Source: Tubulanus polymorphus
Lineage: Eukaryota; Animalia; Nemertea
Direction: 5' to 3'
DNA length: 64,000 nucleotides
Assembly (NCBI RefSeq): GCF_964204645.1
Contig: NC_134035.1
Coordinates: 8,774,451-8,838,450, forward strand
In this document: positions 11,601 through 24,700 of the stretch, piece after piece
Numbering within the stretch: position 1 is the stretch's first letter
Layout: each line of letters starts with the position of its first letter
Program-made: the position numbers and the translations under genes
Notes under the pieces: model-generated
Database searches by the model: none
Told to the model about the DNA's origin: nothing
Seen by the model: only the letters and a program-made list of their open reading frames with translations

Positions 11601-14600
11601 GGTCCGGATTACTGGGCCCAGTTTCACAAAAAGGATTAATGCCTAATTAAGGTAAACTAAATAAATGAAGAAATTAAATCAATTTATGAGTTAAACCTTT
11701 TTGTGAAACTGGGCCCTGAATTGGAACTATTGATAGCAGCTTGAAACAAAGGTTATTTGAAATTTTTAAGCAAATCTCTAAAATCGTCCGCTACTTACAT
11801 TTCATTATGTTTCTTCCATTCTTTCAGCTCATTGAATATTTCTTTCAAATTTTCATCGTCCAGATTTTCGGTGTCGTAACTATGCTCCGGCTTGTATTTG
11901 AACTGTAATAATTGACAGCAAGTAAAATAAACTCCGTATTCATTTTCAGCAAAGTATTCAAATGATATCTATTTCGTCCATTTGAAGAAGGATCACATAC
12001 TTGAGCAAACATGTTAGATCCTCCCGCTGCTGCTGCTGCTACAGGATTTTCTCTTTTACGGCGACCTCTCAGCGCTTTAGACGGATTGCCACAAACTACC
12101 TGACCCTGTGTAAGTTCACTAGTCTCGTCGACATTCAGTTCTGCTTCTCCTGGAATGTGATCGAAAAGTTACAGCTTTTCTGTTTGTGTCATGAGAAATG
12201 ATCACTAAATTATGGTTCACACGGTTACACGATTCCAAAATTATTTCATATCGGCAATTTTTGCAATTTTCCCACTCAAAAATGGGATCTTTCTAAACCA
12301 TCGTATTACAGGGATGACAAAACTTTATTAGTGACTGGTTAATTTTTAGAAATATTGCTGAAGAAAGTGGACAAAGTCAAGCAAACATCCCAGAACTATG
12401 CTATGCGGAATGTGAAAAGAGTTTCCAAAATATTTCCCGGAGTAGAGAAAGATATATATCAAATTCTCATATATTTCCAAACAGGGAAATAGGTTTTATT
12501 ACGCAATTCAATGAAATTGACTAGTTTTCCTGATTTCCTGATACTGTGAGAACCATGTTCACAACTAGTCGGTGATAGTTTCATTTCTCTGCTGAAGTTT
12601 AGTCGAAAGTAAGTTTGAAACTGTCAGATAAATTGCATCAACTGCAGGTTTAGGTCATTAGTCGAAGTTCCATACACAGCTATTTTATGAGAACTAGGGT
12701 AAGAAGACTAACCTGAACCAGGTCTAGCGGTAGTAGGTCTATTAGCTGATCCGGGTCGAGCGAACGCCGAACCCGGTCGACCCGCCGCGGTCGATGGCGC
12801 GGCCGCATACAGCGACGTCTGCGGTCGTTTAACAGCCGTCTGTTTTAACGCTGAACCCGGTCGGTATCCGCCCGGAGCTCGCGTACTCGTGAATGGACGA
12901 TTATTCGCCGTACCCGGGCGACTGTTCGTCGGAGTGTTCCCGACGTCGATACTCTCGCGAGAATCGATTAAATCTCCTTCGTCCATCAGTTCATTAATTA
13001 ACGCCCAATCAGCATCGAACACCGACATCGCTTTACTGTGTTGATGAATTTCAGTGGAAAATGGTTCATCATCGAGAACCTGTAGATTGGGAAGAGCTTT
13101 CTGTACCGCTTGCCGATAATCATAGTTGGGCTGTTTTGTTAAAGAAAAGAGAATTGAATATATAAAAGAGTTGCCTTGACAAATAATACGGTAGGTTCAT
13201 GAGTACTTGGGTTCTTACAGACAAAGACACGACATTCACAACAATTCTCCAATATTTTCCCGTACATTGAACCAAAATTCCCTGATTAATTGATAAGACA
13301 GTGGAGTTGGAAGTGCAGCGGCAATATTTTACTAAATGACGTTTTTTTTAATACCATCTTTTTGAAAAAAAATTAAGTAGGTAATTCGCCGCAGCAATAT
13401 GTAGAACCAGTCCTAAATCGGCATTTGGTCGCAGCAATTAAAAATTGCTTCCAACGCGCCTGTAAGATATCCTCAGTGGAAGCTCTTTTTCATCAAGAGG
13501 CTCATTGTATTCCACTCATCATCAGCAAGAAAAACAAGATATCAAGATTCAAAGACCATGACTTTGCCCTGATATTCAAGAAAAGAGTCAGAATTCGCAG
13601 ATTTTTCCTGGTCCCTGAGAGAACCCTGTTAAACTTTATGAGAAATCAGGAAGGCGGTCGACAATTCAATAAAACTCTTTTTCTAAAAAATCGTTACAAT
13701 ATATATACGCAATTTTTTTGCTTATCTCATCGGTTTATATTTCTAACAAAGACTAGAGTGACCTCAAACACAATACAGCTTGAAATCGTTTAAAATGTTC
13801 TCTATTGTGACATGCTACTTACATCTGCTCTGTCCGGGGAAGGTGTGACACATATTGGATTTCCGTCGAGTGTAAGATTAGTCAAACTACCGACCATAGC
13901 TAGAAACTCGACCTGTGAAAATTCTTCCACGTTATTGCTGAAATATGATGAGAATATTACTGAATAATTGCGATTCTTGATTACACTTGTTCAATTGAAA
14001 TCCACAGAACGCGGGGCAGATCCCGGGGGACTTGTGAAACTTGTGCAAGTCCATCAAATTTTTGCATGAAAACAGGGGCAGATCCACGGGGAACTTGTGA
14101 AACTTGTACACATCCATCAAATTTTTGCATGCCCTTTTTCATTGTGTCAGCCAATAAAAATTTGGTGCATTCAGTGTGGGAGTATGTTTCATATAGCCTT
14201 CTTGGACATCAAAGTGCCCATTTGAGAGATGTGACAAGTTCAGTTCCTGCTTTATATAGGTTTTTTGCTTTCCTGCTTTTTACTAGCGGGGATAAAAATT
14301 GTCACCATAGAACAGCTGGAGGTATACATACTAAGAGCTCAGTGCAGAAGTGATCTGATATTGCCTTTTTGGACATCAAAGTGCCCTTTTTGTATGTGAT
14401 TCTTCACAATTCGCCCCTGCAGAAATGAATTTGATGAACTCACCCTTCCAAGTCGAGTATTTTGATATGTTCTAACATGCTGATTGGACTTAAATCTGAT
14501 ATTTCGTTATAAGCAAGATACAGTTCGCGTAGACTATACATCGAGGATAAGCCGTCTAATTCCTGCAGGGCACACCGTGCCATCCATAACACCTTCAAAT

Positions 14601-16153
14601 TATCCAAACAGGAGCCTAGGTCTCTGAAATAACAATACCATTGATTTTGAAAATTACAACTTCATAACCAACCAAAGAAAAATTTAATTTCAGAAGTCTC
14701 TACACTGCATCTTATGCATATTGTTAATTTGCTTTCTGTATCCACACCCTGTAGACAATGGACAATCGCCATCTTTGCAAAACTGGGGCCAGTTGCTCAA
14801 AAGTTGGTTAGAGTTAACCAGTGGATAGTTGACATGGTGACAATTAAAAGTTTATTGTTACTATGGTATCTATCCACTGGTTATCTTTAACCAACTTTTG
14901 AGCAACTGGGCCCTGATTGTCAAGACTTCTATCAGGACTCATTCTTCTATTTGAAAATGAATTAGTCTTAATCACTATTTTATCAGGATACAATTCAAAT
15001 GGCAACAATTGTCTGACAGGGTACCACCGGGTTTCAGATAGCGGATTCTGAACTATTCCAAAAATAAAAATGCTTAAACGTACCTGACACTAGCGATTAT
15101 ACTATTAGACACTTTCAGCTGTACTAGATTTGTCAGCAAAGCACCGAAATTACCCAAACTAGTTTCACTAGTGTCGACTTTCATTTCTAGATATTTCACT
15201 TGATCGAGATCATCAACACCGGTTAATGCTCTCTGAAAACATTTAAACAGATATTCAATACACGACAAAACCATATCCCTATAGATCAGTTATTCCCTGG
15301 ACCCAGTTCCGCAGTTGTGAGTTAGAGTTAACTCTGAGTTAGTATTAGTTCATTTTCAATGAGTTAAATCAGAGTCAAATGTTTACTCAGAACTGTGGAA
15401 CTGGACCCAGTTACATTTCTGAATTAAATTTGACTCAGGAGTTAAAACATTGAAAAGGAACTAACTTTAACTCAGAGTTAACTCTAGTCTAGTATCTAGC
15501 CGTTGTTTCTCAGACATTAGTTAGTAGTTGTAGGGGACCGTAACAACGTCTGGTATTCAGACTAAGTTAACTCTAACTCACAACTGTGGAACCGGCCCTG
15601 GACCCAAGATATTAAGAGTTTGAAAGGAGAAAATTGCTTCAAGGAAGTATCCCAATTGCTGCACTCCTCCTCCTAAATCAGTACTATTTATCTCGGTAAA
15701 CTACAAATAAGTTGGTGGTTTTATGAGCAAATTTTATCGTCAACAATAACTAAACTCAGTTTCTTATTTGGTAACTGACAAATTGGGTAAAAAAATCCTG
15801 GTTCCAACTGTACTGATTTAGGTGTAGTTCACTGTTGTACGGCTTTGAAAGTATCTAATTGTCTATTTCTCAAAATTGAAGGAGTTTCTGACATTTTGCA
15901 CAAATTAAAGAAATTTCAAGCAGCTTTAAAAGCATTTTCTGTATAGAAGTTAAGAAATCAATGATTCGTAGGGACCCTGTATATCTCAATGATGACGGGT
16001 TTATGAAGGAATACGAACCAGTTTTCGAGGTGACAGGTATTCCTCGAGCAGAATATCCGTATCTTCTAAAGTAATCGGTTCTGGATTAACGTGCGAGTCT
16101 TCAAAACTACGGATCTGAACGCCCCGAGCGAGGGCACTCTGTGGCCTCTCCAT
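8692..16153 (-). CDS. LRRC56: Leucine-rich repeat-containing protein 56 (ciliary dynein assembly/transport factor, ODA8-like), about 650 aa
   Basis: Exons (-): 16153-16019, 15232-15084, 14623-14444, 13937-13823, 13130-12713, 12149-12001, 11902-11799, 10608-10397, 9830-9783 (48-nt exon, less certain), 9670-9448, 8911-8692; 1953 nt, in frame. EEYLSPRKLRALTG..., SLGNFGALLTNLVQL, LRRs (LRELYLAYNEISDLSP), LRRcap YRQAVQKALPNLQVLD, and the LRRC56 motif SELTQGQVVCGNPSKALRGRRK. Confidence 0.9.
10674..11325. mobile_element. Non-autonomous DNA element with TTCAC...GTGAA ends and 9-bp TSD
   Basis: GTTCAGAAT duplicated at 10665-10673 and 11326-11334; subterminal hairpin CTTAGTGTCAG...CTGACACTAAG. A homologous inverted copy is at 16922-17547. 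Confidence 0.8.
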
Positions 16154-16765
16154 CACGTCATTCACTATACACGTAGGCAGACTGCTGCTGAAATAGAGAC
16201 CGATTGATTAATGCATGGATGAAACCAGAAAAACTTTTATTACATTTGTACGATATCTCATTTTTTTTACCTGTAGTTCTGAACAGAATATTCTTGCGCC
16301 AAAGCCATCGAAACTGAGGGGCAAAATATGTTGTTTTGATTCAACTTCTACTTGATTTACAGGTTTGGAGCAACCTGATGCCGTGAGCTAGCCCGGGAAA
16401 AAGTCAAGTGAATGAATCTAACTTCTTCCGTATTGTTTTTACTGAAATATAAAAATCAGGTGAACTGAGTACTTTTCAATGCCACCATTGATCTTTATAA
16501 TTCAGGAGACAATGCATACAAATAGGGAATAATATCGGATAGTTGCAAAGTTCTACATGGATACGACCAAGATCGATACAATCAATATACTGAATTGGAA
16601 TTGACAAAAGTGCAGACGCATACTTGATGAATTACGTTAGATTTACCGGTATTCGCCTTTAAATGAGTTTCTCAAACGCGTGACAATAAACTACGAACGC
16701 CGGGAGTCTGTTTCTACCATTGTTCAAGGGGAAAAATCGTTGTTAATCACGCAAAAGACACAGAT

Positions 16766-16779
16766 GTTTGGATAGCAAC
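16766..16779. promoter_or_regulatory. Candidate RFX X-box at the LRRC56 5' end
   Basis: GTTTGGATAGCAAC resembles GTTNCC(AT)RGCAAC with a perfect RGCAAC half-site, upstream of a probable non-coding first exon (gtaaat donor near 16646). RFX regulates ciliary genes. Confidence 0.45.
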
Positions 16780-16921
16780 GGGAAAAGCGTCCCCAACGTC
16801 CGCCATATTGCATTCTTTTTACTCATACACTTGCCAGTGCCTGTCCTGTCCAGTCTGCGTCCGAACCGTCGGGCACGTCCGGTCTGCATCCGAACGGGCG
16901 ACCAGCCTGTCACGAGTGTGG

Positions 16922-17547
16922 TTCACCAAGAATCTTAGTGTCTGATGTACCACAGACACTAAGATGCGAACGACATTTTCTCGATACTTTTAGATCACTG
17001 CAGCTTTAAACCACCAGAAATCCAGTTTCACTAAACCGATTGTGAAAAATAAACTATCGTTACAAACCTCATACATTCAGTTTTCTTATTATTATATTCA
17101 TTTGGAGGTTCATTCATCATAGTCCGTGCTTGATGCGATATAAATACAGAAATAGCAAAAATGACACCATTTTTTCACTTTGAAACTAGGCATTGTAACA
17201 CTGTAGTTCGTTAGCAACAAGACAACTTGAGCGATGCGTGTCTCATCGCTAAACAGCGCATCATTTTTGTATCTTAAATTTAATCGTACTAAAATCAGAT
17301 TTATCGTCAAAATGTTATAATGAACAAACGTAAGACATCATAAGGTTAGTGTAGATAGTTTATTCATCAAAATCGGTTGTTTATTTGCTGAGATATCGCA
17401 GTTTGAACACGGACAAAAAAGCCGACCAAATTCTGGTCGGCAACTGTACAGCGAATTTGAATGCACGCGTCTGGGTGGTTGGTTACACTAGGATCGTAGA
17501 GCGACGGAGATCACTGGTGGAGACAACCGCTGCCAGTGCTGGGTGAA
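16922..17547. mobile_element. Second copy of the TTCAC-ended element, 8-bp TSD, in the LRRC56/tRNA/Caprin intergenic region
   Basis: GAGTGTGG duplicated at 16914-16921 and 17548-17555; same CTTAGTGTC...GACACTAAG hairpin and shared AACCGATT..AAAAATAAAC...CAAACCTC block. Confidence 0.8.
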
Positions 17548-17828
17548 GAGTGTGGGGGTCGTCGGTCAGCTTTTTAACAAGATTTGAAATTGTTTTATTA
17601 TGTCAAAATACCATGTTTGATTATATTTCATATATTCCCTAGAGAACCCAATCTGTAAAGACTAAAAACCAGTAGAATGCAGACTGGCCTCCAAAACTTG
17701 TTATTGGAAGAGGCTAAAGAATGAAATAAAATGAAAAAGGATTATATAGACCGATTTTATTTTATCACTAGCTGCTAATGACAGCCATGGTTATCAGAAA
17801 ATAAACCCGACAGTACCGATAAAAAATC

Positions 17829-17918
17829 TCCCTCGAACCGGATTTGAACCAGTGACCTAAGGATGACAGCTCGCAATGCCTCTACAGTCCTCCGCTCTAC
17901 CAACTGAGCTATCGAGGG
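17829..17918 (-). tRNA. tRNA-Tyr(GTA) with a 17-nt intron (17865-17881)
   Basis: CCCTCGATAGCTCAGTTGGTAGAGCGGAGGACTGTAG-[AGGCATTGCGAGCTGTC]-ATCCTTAGGTCACTGGTTCAAATCCGGTTCGAGGGA; canonical intron position after nt 37; oligo-T Pol III terminator follows. Confidence 0.97.
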
Positions 17919-18721
17919 ATGTTACGGGGCGAGCGAATTAAACACAATATGAACATATTCTAAACTACATTGGAGTTTGTCGTACTTTAAAAACAGTATC
18001 GACTAATCTTAATTCTGACTTTGTCGGGAGACTAATATTGCCGAGAGTTAACATTTATAATTCAACGTCATTATATTGTCAGTTAATCAGGAAATGATCT
18101 ATGATGATCGATGACGTCATTATTTGATTTTAGGGTTAAATTTCGTTCTCGTGAAGTAGGTATAATCGAATACAAATGAATATCATTATATCTGATCCTT
18201 AAATCTACAAAGTAATGATTACAAGTTTAATTCTCTAACATCGAAGAAAAGTGATATCGGGCTTCCCCTAGACTGAAACCACGTGAAAAAATCCCACGAA
18301 CGGCGTATATCATGTATAGATTGCGCAGAGCTTGCTGTATCGAGTCCTGACACTTTACCCGACCGCGCGGACTGGTCCCATACCGTCGTGATAAAAGTAC
18401 AAACCCAAAAATATGAAAATACGAAATGTCGTGTATTAAAGATCAATTAATAGCATTCAAACGTATAATTTACATAGAATAACGTACTTTAAAAAGCTAT
18501 CATTAGGAGAAAAATTAACTCTTCTTATGAAATTATTTCATAAAAGTCAGAAAATTCGAGTTGAACTCAGCTCATCGGTTCAGTGCTGTTGAGCATTTTA
18601 GTAAGGCGGCTTTAGTGCGACTTATGGTGTGGTGATGTCAGGCGCCGAGTCTTGAACGTCATGAGCGTACACATTCCGCAGAAGCTACTATATACCAACT
18701 GAACGTTGTTGCTGTTGAAGG

Positions 18722-21700
18722 ATGCCCTCCGCCTCTGCAAAAGCCGATAAACCGGCGTCGGGAGACGTTACCGACCCGAACAAACAGTTTCTCGTCACCA
18801 TCGACAAAAAGATCAGAAACTTAGAGAAGAAGAAGGTATGTTTAATGGCGTTTCACGTCGTATTATCGGCTTTTTAACGTCGAAAATTTCACCCCTTTTC
18901 TTTGATCAATCTCAATTCAAATTATCTTTAATCTATCTTGGGGTAGACCTACTATGTAAAGTGCTTTCGTTACTCAGTCGTCGACCTTGCTCGTGGTGAA
19001 TTTTGATCCATGTATTAAGTTATCTGTAGATTATCAGATATTTTAACACAACAAATAAATGTAGTTATGATGGCAGTATTATTGTGTTTCGAGGCGAGGG
19101 AGGAGGGCGGGTGCCATGTGATAAGAATATTTGCCTGACTCTTCAACCACAATGGATGACTATGGCCCTTTATTATTGTGCTCTTCCGGAAGATAGAATA
19201 GTCTTCTCGGTAGTCTTTCTGCCGTCACTGACACTTGAGATACGGATGAGTTTGAAGAAACTTCCTGATCGCGGCGATCAAAAGATAAAGTAGAGATGAT
19301 TCCTGTTTTGGAAGAGCACAATTTAAAAAAGCCTAAGTAATTACAGTAATTCTCGCCTCATTCTAACAAACTCAAACCGGCAAAATTGGTCTGAGTTAAG
19401 GTTAGAAATTCAGAAGTATGATTTGGTTTTTGTCTGAGTAGTCAAAGGTCCAATTTGGCTGAGTAAGGCGAGGTTTACTATAGTCAGATATTTGTTTGTT
19501 TCATTTCTGGAATTCCGTTCTTTCAATTGCAGACAAAACTTGATTCGATAAAAGAAAAGGTGAACCAAGGTGCGACCTTGAACGCTGATCAAGAGGATGC
19601 AATCAGCAAATACGACGGAGTCGCCCTTAATTTGGACTTTCTGCGCGACCTACACAAGCAATATGTTCAATTTCTGACGGACGTAAGTTCAGAGTTAGAC
19701 GGAGTGTATAACAGCGTTCCTACTAGCTCAGCTAGCGGGAATATTCCCTTTGGCTCAGCGGTAGAGCGTCTGCCTTGGACGCCAGGCATCGAGAGTTCGA
19801 ATATCGGGAAGGACAGATATTTCTTCCTGTTACATTTGGGGGCTTGTCCGTCTCCAAATGTAACAGGAAGAAATATCTGTCCTTCCCGAGATTCGAACTG
19901 TCGATGCCTAGTGTCGAGGAACCTGAGTTAATTTGGTTTCGTCAAATATGAAATTCATTCAGTTAGGCCTATGAGGAGTCCAGACGAAACATATTTTACG
20001 ATTCGGGCCGTGGGTGAGATCGGCCTGGAAAACCTGGAAAATTCAGGGAACCAGTAATATCTAGAAAAACTCTGGACCCAGTTCCACAGTTGTGAGTTAG
20101 GGTTAACGCTGACTTAGAATTAGTTAACTCAAGAGTCAGATGTAACACAGAACTGTGGAACTGGGTCCTGGTGAAGTTGACAAATTTTGTATTAAGAAAA
20201 ACCTGGAAAACTTTGGGAATTGGTTCACGCATACTAGAATCATTTTCAACGTTGATAAGTTTTTTTGAATTTGTTTTCAGTTGGAAAAGGAACAGAAACG
20301 TGCCAAAAAACGAGAGAGACAAGAACAAAGAGCCGAAGAGCAACGACGTCTGCAGGAGGTTCTATTCATACAGAATATGCTGGACGCGATGGGTTCCGAG
20401 ACGGCTCGCGAAGATTTCACTAACGGCTCCAACAACGCCGTGGTATGTCGCCGATACGCCGTTTATTAAAATATGAAATATATCTACCTTGAAAACGAAT
20501 GGGATTGGAATTGTACGTTTTCTATTTCAGAAATTGACCGAGGAACAGTTGGATAGTTTGGACGAGTTGTATAAACTTGTTAGTCCATCGCGAGAAGACA
20601 ATGATAAGTATGTATCATACATTGAAATAGGTTTAATCGTTTTACTCCATTCATTATATCGTTCTTTCTCTTCCGCTAAACAAGCTGCTCTTGTCTCAAT
20701 CATAAATCATGATTGTGGAATCATGAGAAAAGTCGTATTTTAAAACTGATTTCGTAGTAGTAAGTGGCAAAAAGAATTTCCAGATCCACAGCTTGGATTT
20801 GAAATTTACTTGGGGTCGAACTCAGTTCATTTTCAAACTCATTTATTTTGACTCCTGGTCCTTTTTACCCTGAGTCCAGTTGGCAACTGTTGTACAGTCG
20901 TGACTTGACTTAAAAGTCTGTAAGTGGTCTTAATTCTTAAAGGATTGTTGCTAGGTTGGCTATAGAACCCTATAGTCCGAGACTGGTGTGAAAGCAATGA
21001 CTGTGTAACTATAACGCATAGTTTTATAAGTAAAGTAATTTTAATCGGTTTGAATTGTGATTGTAGGGACATCAACGAACAGTTCGCGTCGTGCTCCGAA
21101 CATTTGATGAATCTTGTCGACGGTAAAGAGAAAGAAATTCTCGGCACGACGTACAGCGCGTTGCGCGCGTTACTGACGACGATTTCCGAGAGCGGGTATT
21201 TCAACGCGCCCGATGACGTCGCGGCCGCCGAACCGGAGATGACGACCGCGACGGAACCGGTCGAAGAACCGACGAGCGTTACGGAAACTACCCCCGATAC
21301 CGACGATAAACCCCACGATCAAAACGGTGTTCTGGGTGTTGCAGGTGAGCAGCGTCCCTTCACTCGTAAACTGGAATGAAATCAAATTTTGACTATAACC
21401 GGGTCCCTATGATGATCTCTAGGGAGCCTGTGTAATTAGGCTGATTTTGATAAGTCTCTACCTATTCCGCAATTCTCCTTTGGTGCATTTATTTCGACCA
21501 GAATACGTTCTACCTAATCCAGAATATAGCTTAATCTGTGAATCTGAAAGAAATGGCCAGTATCTTGAGTTGTAACCCGGAAAAAAAAATGGGAGGTTCA
21601 TCAACTGTCGTCATGCTATCTGACTCGATGTATTTGTATTTGAAGAGACAGATTTAAACTACGCCTTAGTTGCTCGACAAACATGTTCAATTTGAAATTA

Positions 21701-24700
21701 TTACGTTTCAGAACCGGAAGAAATGGCTCCCGTTGAACACAATTTTGGTGTCATGTCGACTACAGCTGATATTGGATTAGTCCCGACAGAGCTCCCCGAA
21801 GTATCGGCTATCATTCCAGATCCAATGTTATCGTCACAGGTTAGTATCGGGTTTCATGGTTTCATTCTGCGCCCTAAGAATTTTGTATTTCCGGTTTAGA
21901 ACCGGGACGATGATAACTGTCATGCCTGCAGTACTGTGCAGTTCTTGAACCCACATTCCCAGAGTTACTTATTACACAGATTAGGACTCCCTGGAGGTTA
22001 ACACTCAAACTATCTCATGAAGTTATCTCAGAACCACACCTTTTAATTTACTATTCACCAATACCTAGTTCCTATAATCATGAGTTGCGTTGATATTAGT
22101 TCATTCTCAATGTCAGGTTTCCTACAACCACCTTTTAAACCATCAAATTCCAAAATTCAATATTGTGGATATGAAAGCCCTCAAATTCAGAGTTTTCGTC
22201 CTTGGCTAAATTATTATGAGATAGGACATGTTAACTCATAACTGTGGATCTGAAACCTGATCACCCATGCCTCAACGGGTCATCGTATTTCGTCTATATA
22301 CCCCACTGACTCTTCGCGTGTATATATCTAACAGCAGGAACGTGTGACTGATGCGACTGAAGCTACAATCGTTGATGATTCATTCTTCGCCGCGACGCCT
22401 GCGTTTCCTCCTTCCAAACTGACGCCACAGCAACGACCGGCTAACGAAATCGTCTCCTCTGTACAGGGCAGTTTCAACTTCTTACAAGATTCAGTCATCG
22501 ATCCTGAATGTAAGTACATACCATCGCATCGCATTTTGAAAAAAAAATGATAAATCATATTAAATAGAACCTCCATAAATCTAACTGAAAAGAGCATGAG
22601 ATGATTTGAATTTAATTGAATTACATTGCCATTCACCATGGCCACTGGGCATATCACAATATTAGTGTCTAAACGGTGGTCCTGCATATCAATAGTTACT
22701 AGTATTTGGTGTACACGCCCTGAAAGGGTTGATGAATAATGTTCATACTCTATATTCGATATACAGAGTGGCCAGTTAGCTAGGAATTTTCTTTTCCTGA
22801 AACAGTCAGGAGTGAAATGGCTAAAAATCAGGGAAATTAGTTAGGAGATTTCTAAAACGCGCGTATACTCGGCCTGTTTTCGTGTAAGTCTTACCGAATG
22901 TGTTAATTAATTGGATTCTTAACTGATCAAGTCAGGGAACGCAACGTGCATGTCAGGGAATAGTCGGGGGGGAAAAGCGAGTCAAATATAAGTGGCCACC
23001 CTGATTTATATATGGTGATAGATTATATATTTGTAACTGATTTGATGTTTGTAGCTCCGCACATGGACCCAGCAGTACTCGCAGCCCATCCATTAAACCC
23101 TCATCACACTCAGCAACAAGGTATTCATAAACTTATCATCGATACTAGATGGTACTAAATGGTACTGGACGGTACTAATTTGTGATTTCATTTTCCAGAT
23201 TTAACTCAAAACACGAGTCTTAGTCAGCAACAGCAAACGTATCAAATGCTCGAAGAGCAGAAACCATCACAAAAGGCGAGCGCGACCGACTACACGTCAC
23301 AATCTTACGGTCAAAACATGATGTCTCAATCTACAGCCGTGTCGCAGGAATCGGAAACACCTGACGTTCCACAGCCTATTCCATTGCCAAATCAATCACA
23401 AACATCTGAGGTATTTCATCAACTACTGATATTTATCAACACCGGGTCCTGTTTTACACGTATAGTTTCTCGATTATGGTCAAACTCGGTCACTATTTTG
23501 TAGTCCCAATTTGTGTTTCTAGTTCAACCAAACATGTAAGTCGTCATTCACCGCGATGATCATTGCAGCTATGACGACTTGAGCAAGTTTGACAAGTCAC
23601 ATTCCTAAATCCATTTAAAAGATTAAATCCTTAATCGATTTAAGACGAAATGAATGAAGAAATTAGATCCATTTCAAGGGTTGAAACTTATTCATGAAAC
23701 TGGACCCAGACTTAGGTCCGAAAATGGTTTCGTTTGTTTGTTGAATTGGATCTAAAAACGAGATCAGTTTGTTAGACTGGTCTAAAATCTAAGCCTCCAG
23801 ACTTAGTAACTGAACTAAACCTCATTAACTGAATGTTCAACTAGTTGTTATTAAGTCTCTTTTATCACTGTTGTTTTTACGATATTTCAGCAGGAGAAGA
23901 AGTTCCAGATGAACGCGAACGCCGCCGTGTTCCGATCGATGTACGACGGAGGCAGCGGTGAATTCAATGAAATGGATGAAAAGATGAACGAACAATCGTC
24001 AGATTATAACAGTTCTTGTAAGTGTCCGATAACGACGCGTAATCCAGCTCTATTCTCCCGTCGCGACATCTGGACCTCTGTCTACCCATTTGCAGTTTTT
24101 GTGACGTGAACGCAGTGATATCGGCAATCTACAAAATTCGACGCTAAATCTCTCGTAAAATGTACCTCTGAGATTGCCCTTTCTTCCACTGCTGTCTTAG
24201 TCGCGTATTGATAACTTCAAATCAGGGTCAGGGGGCCAGTTCCTCAGTTGAGACTTAAGTCCAAAAATGGTCTTAAATTTTAAGACTGGTCTTAAGTCGT
24301 TACATTGGTTATAGAACTAAGATGGTCTTAAATTGGTCAAAAGTCTAAGCCATGACTATGGAACTGGGCCCTGGCGATTAAGATGAAAGATGTTGTTTGA
24401 AGCATTTCTGACTTCGATCGATTTGAATTTGTATTATTGTATTTATCTTCAAATCATCGCAGTTCTTCTAATTGAAAAATGTTACTGAGGGCCTTACCTG
24501 ATTACTGATTGATTTGACGATTGTAACTGAAAAAATGTTGCTGAAAAAAAATTCAATTTATTACTGATAGCACATTTCAGAGGTTTACATCCGTGTTTTA
24601 TAAGCATTTCTGAATTCAAACAATTTGAGTTAACGTAACTTTCAGCGTCGGGCTATAATTCATATTCTCGAAACTCGGGCGGAAACAGCTACAACAATAG

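Noticed and set aside
19110-19235. C/D-box-like arrangement in Caprin intron 1
   Set aside because: The C box is imperfect, the terminal stem is poor, and there is no identifiable antisense element.
19970-19998. Hammerhead-like TGAGGAGTCCAGACGAAAC; also CCGATGAGTCC near 62961
   Set aside because: The CUGANGA core is broken and the stems are too short to call.
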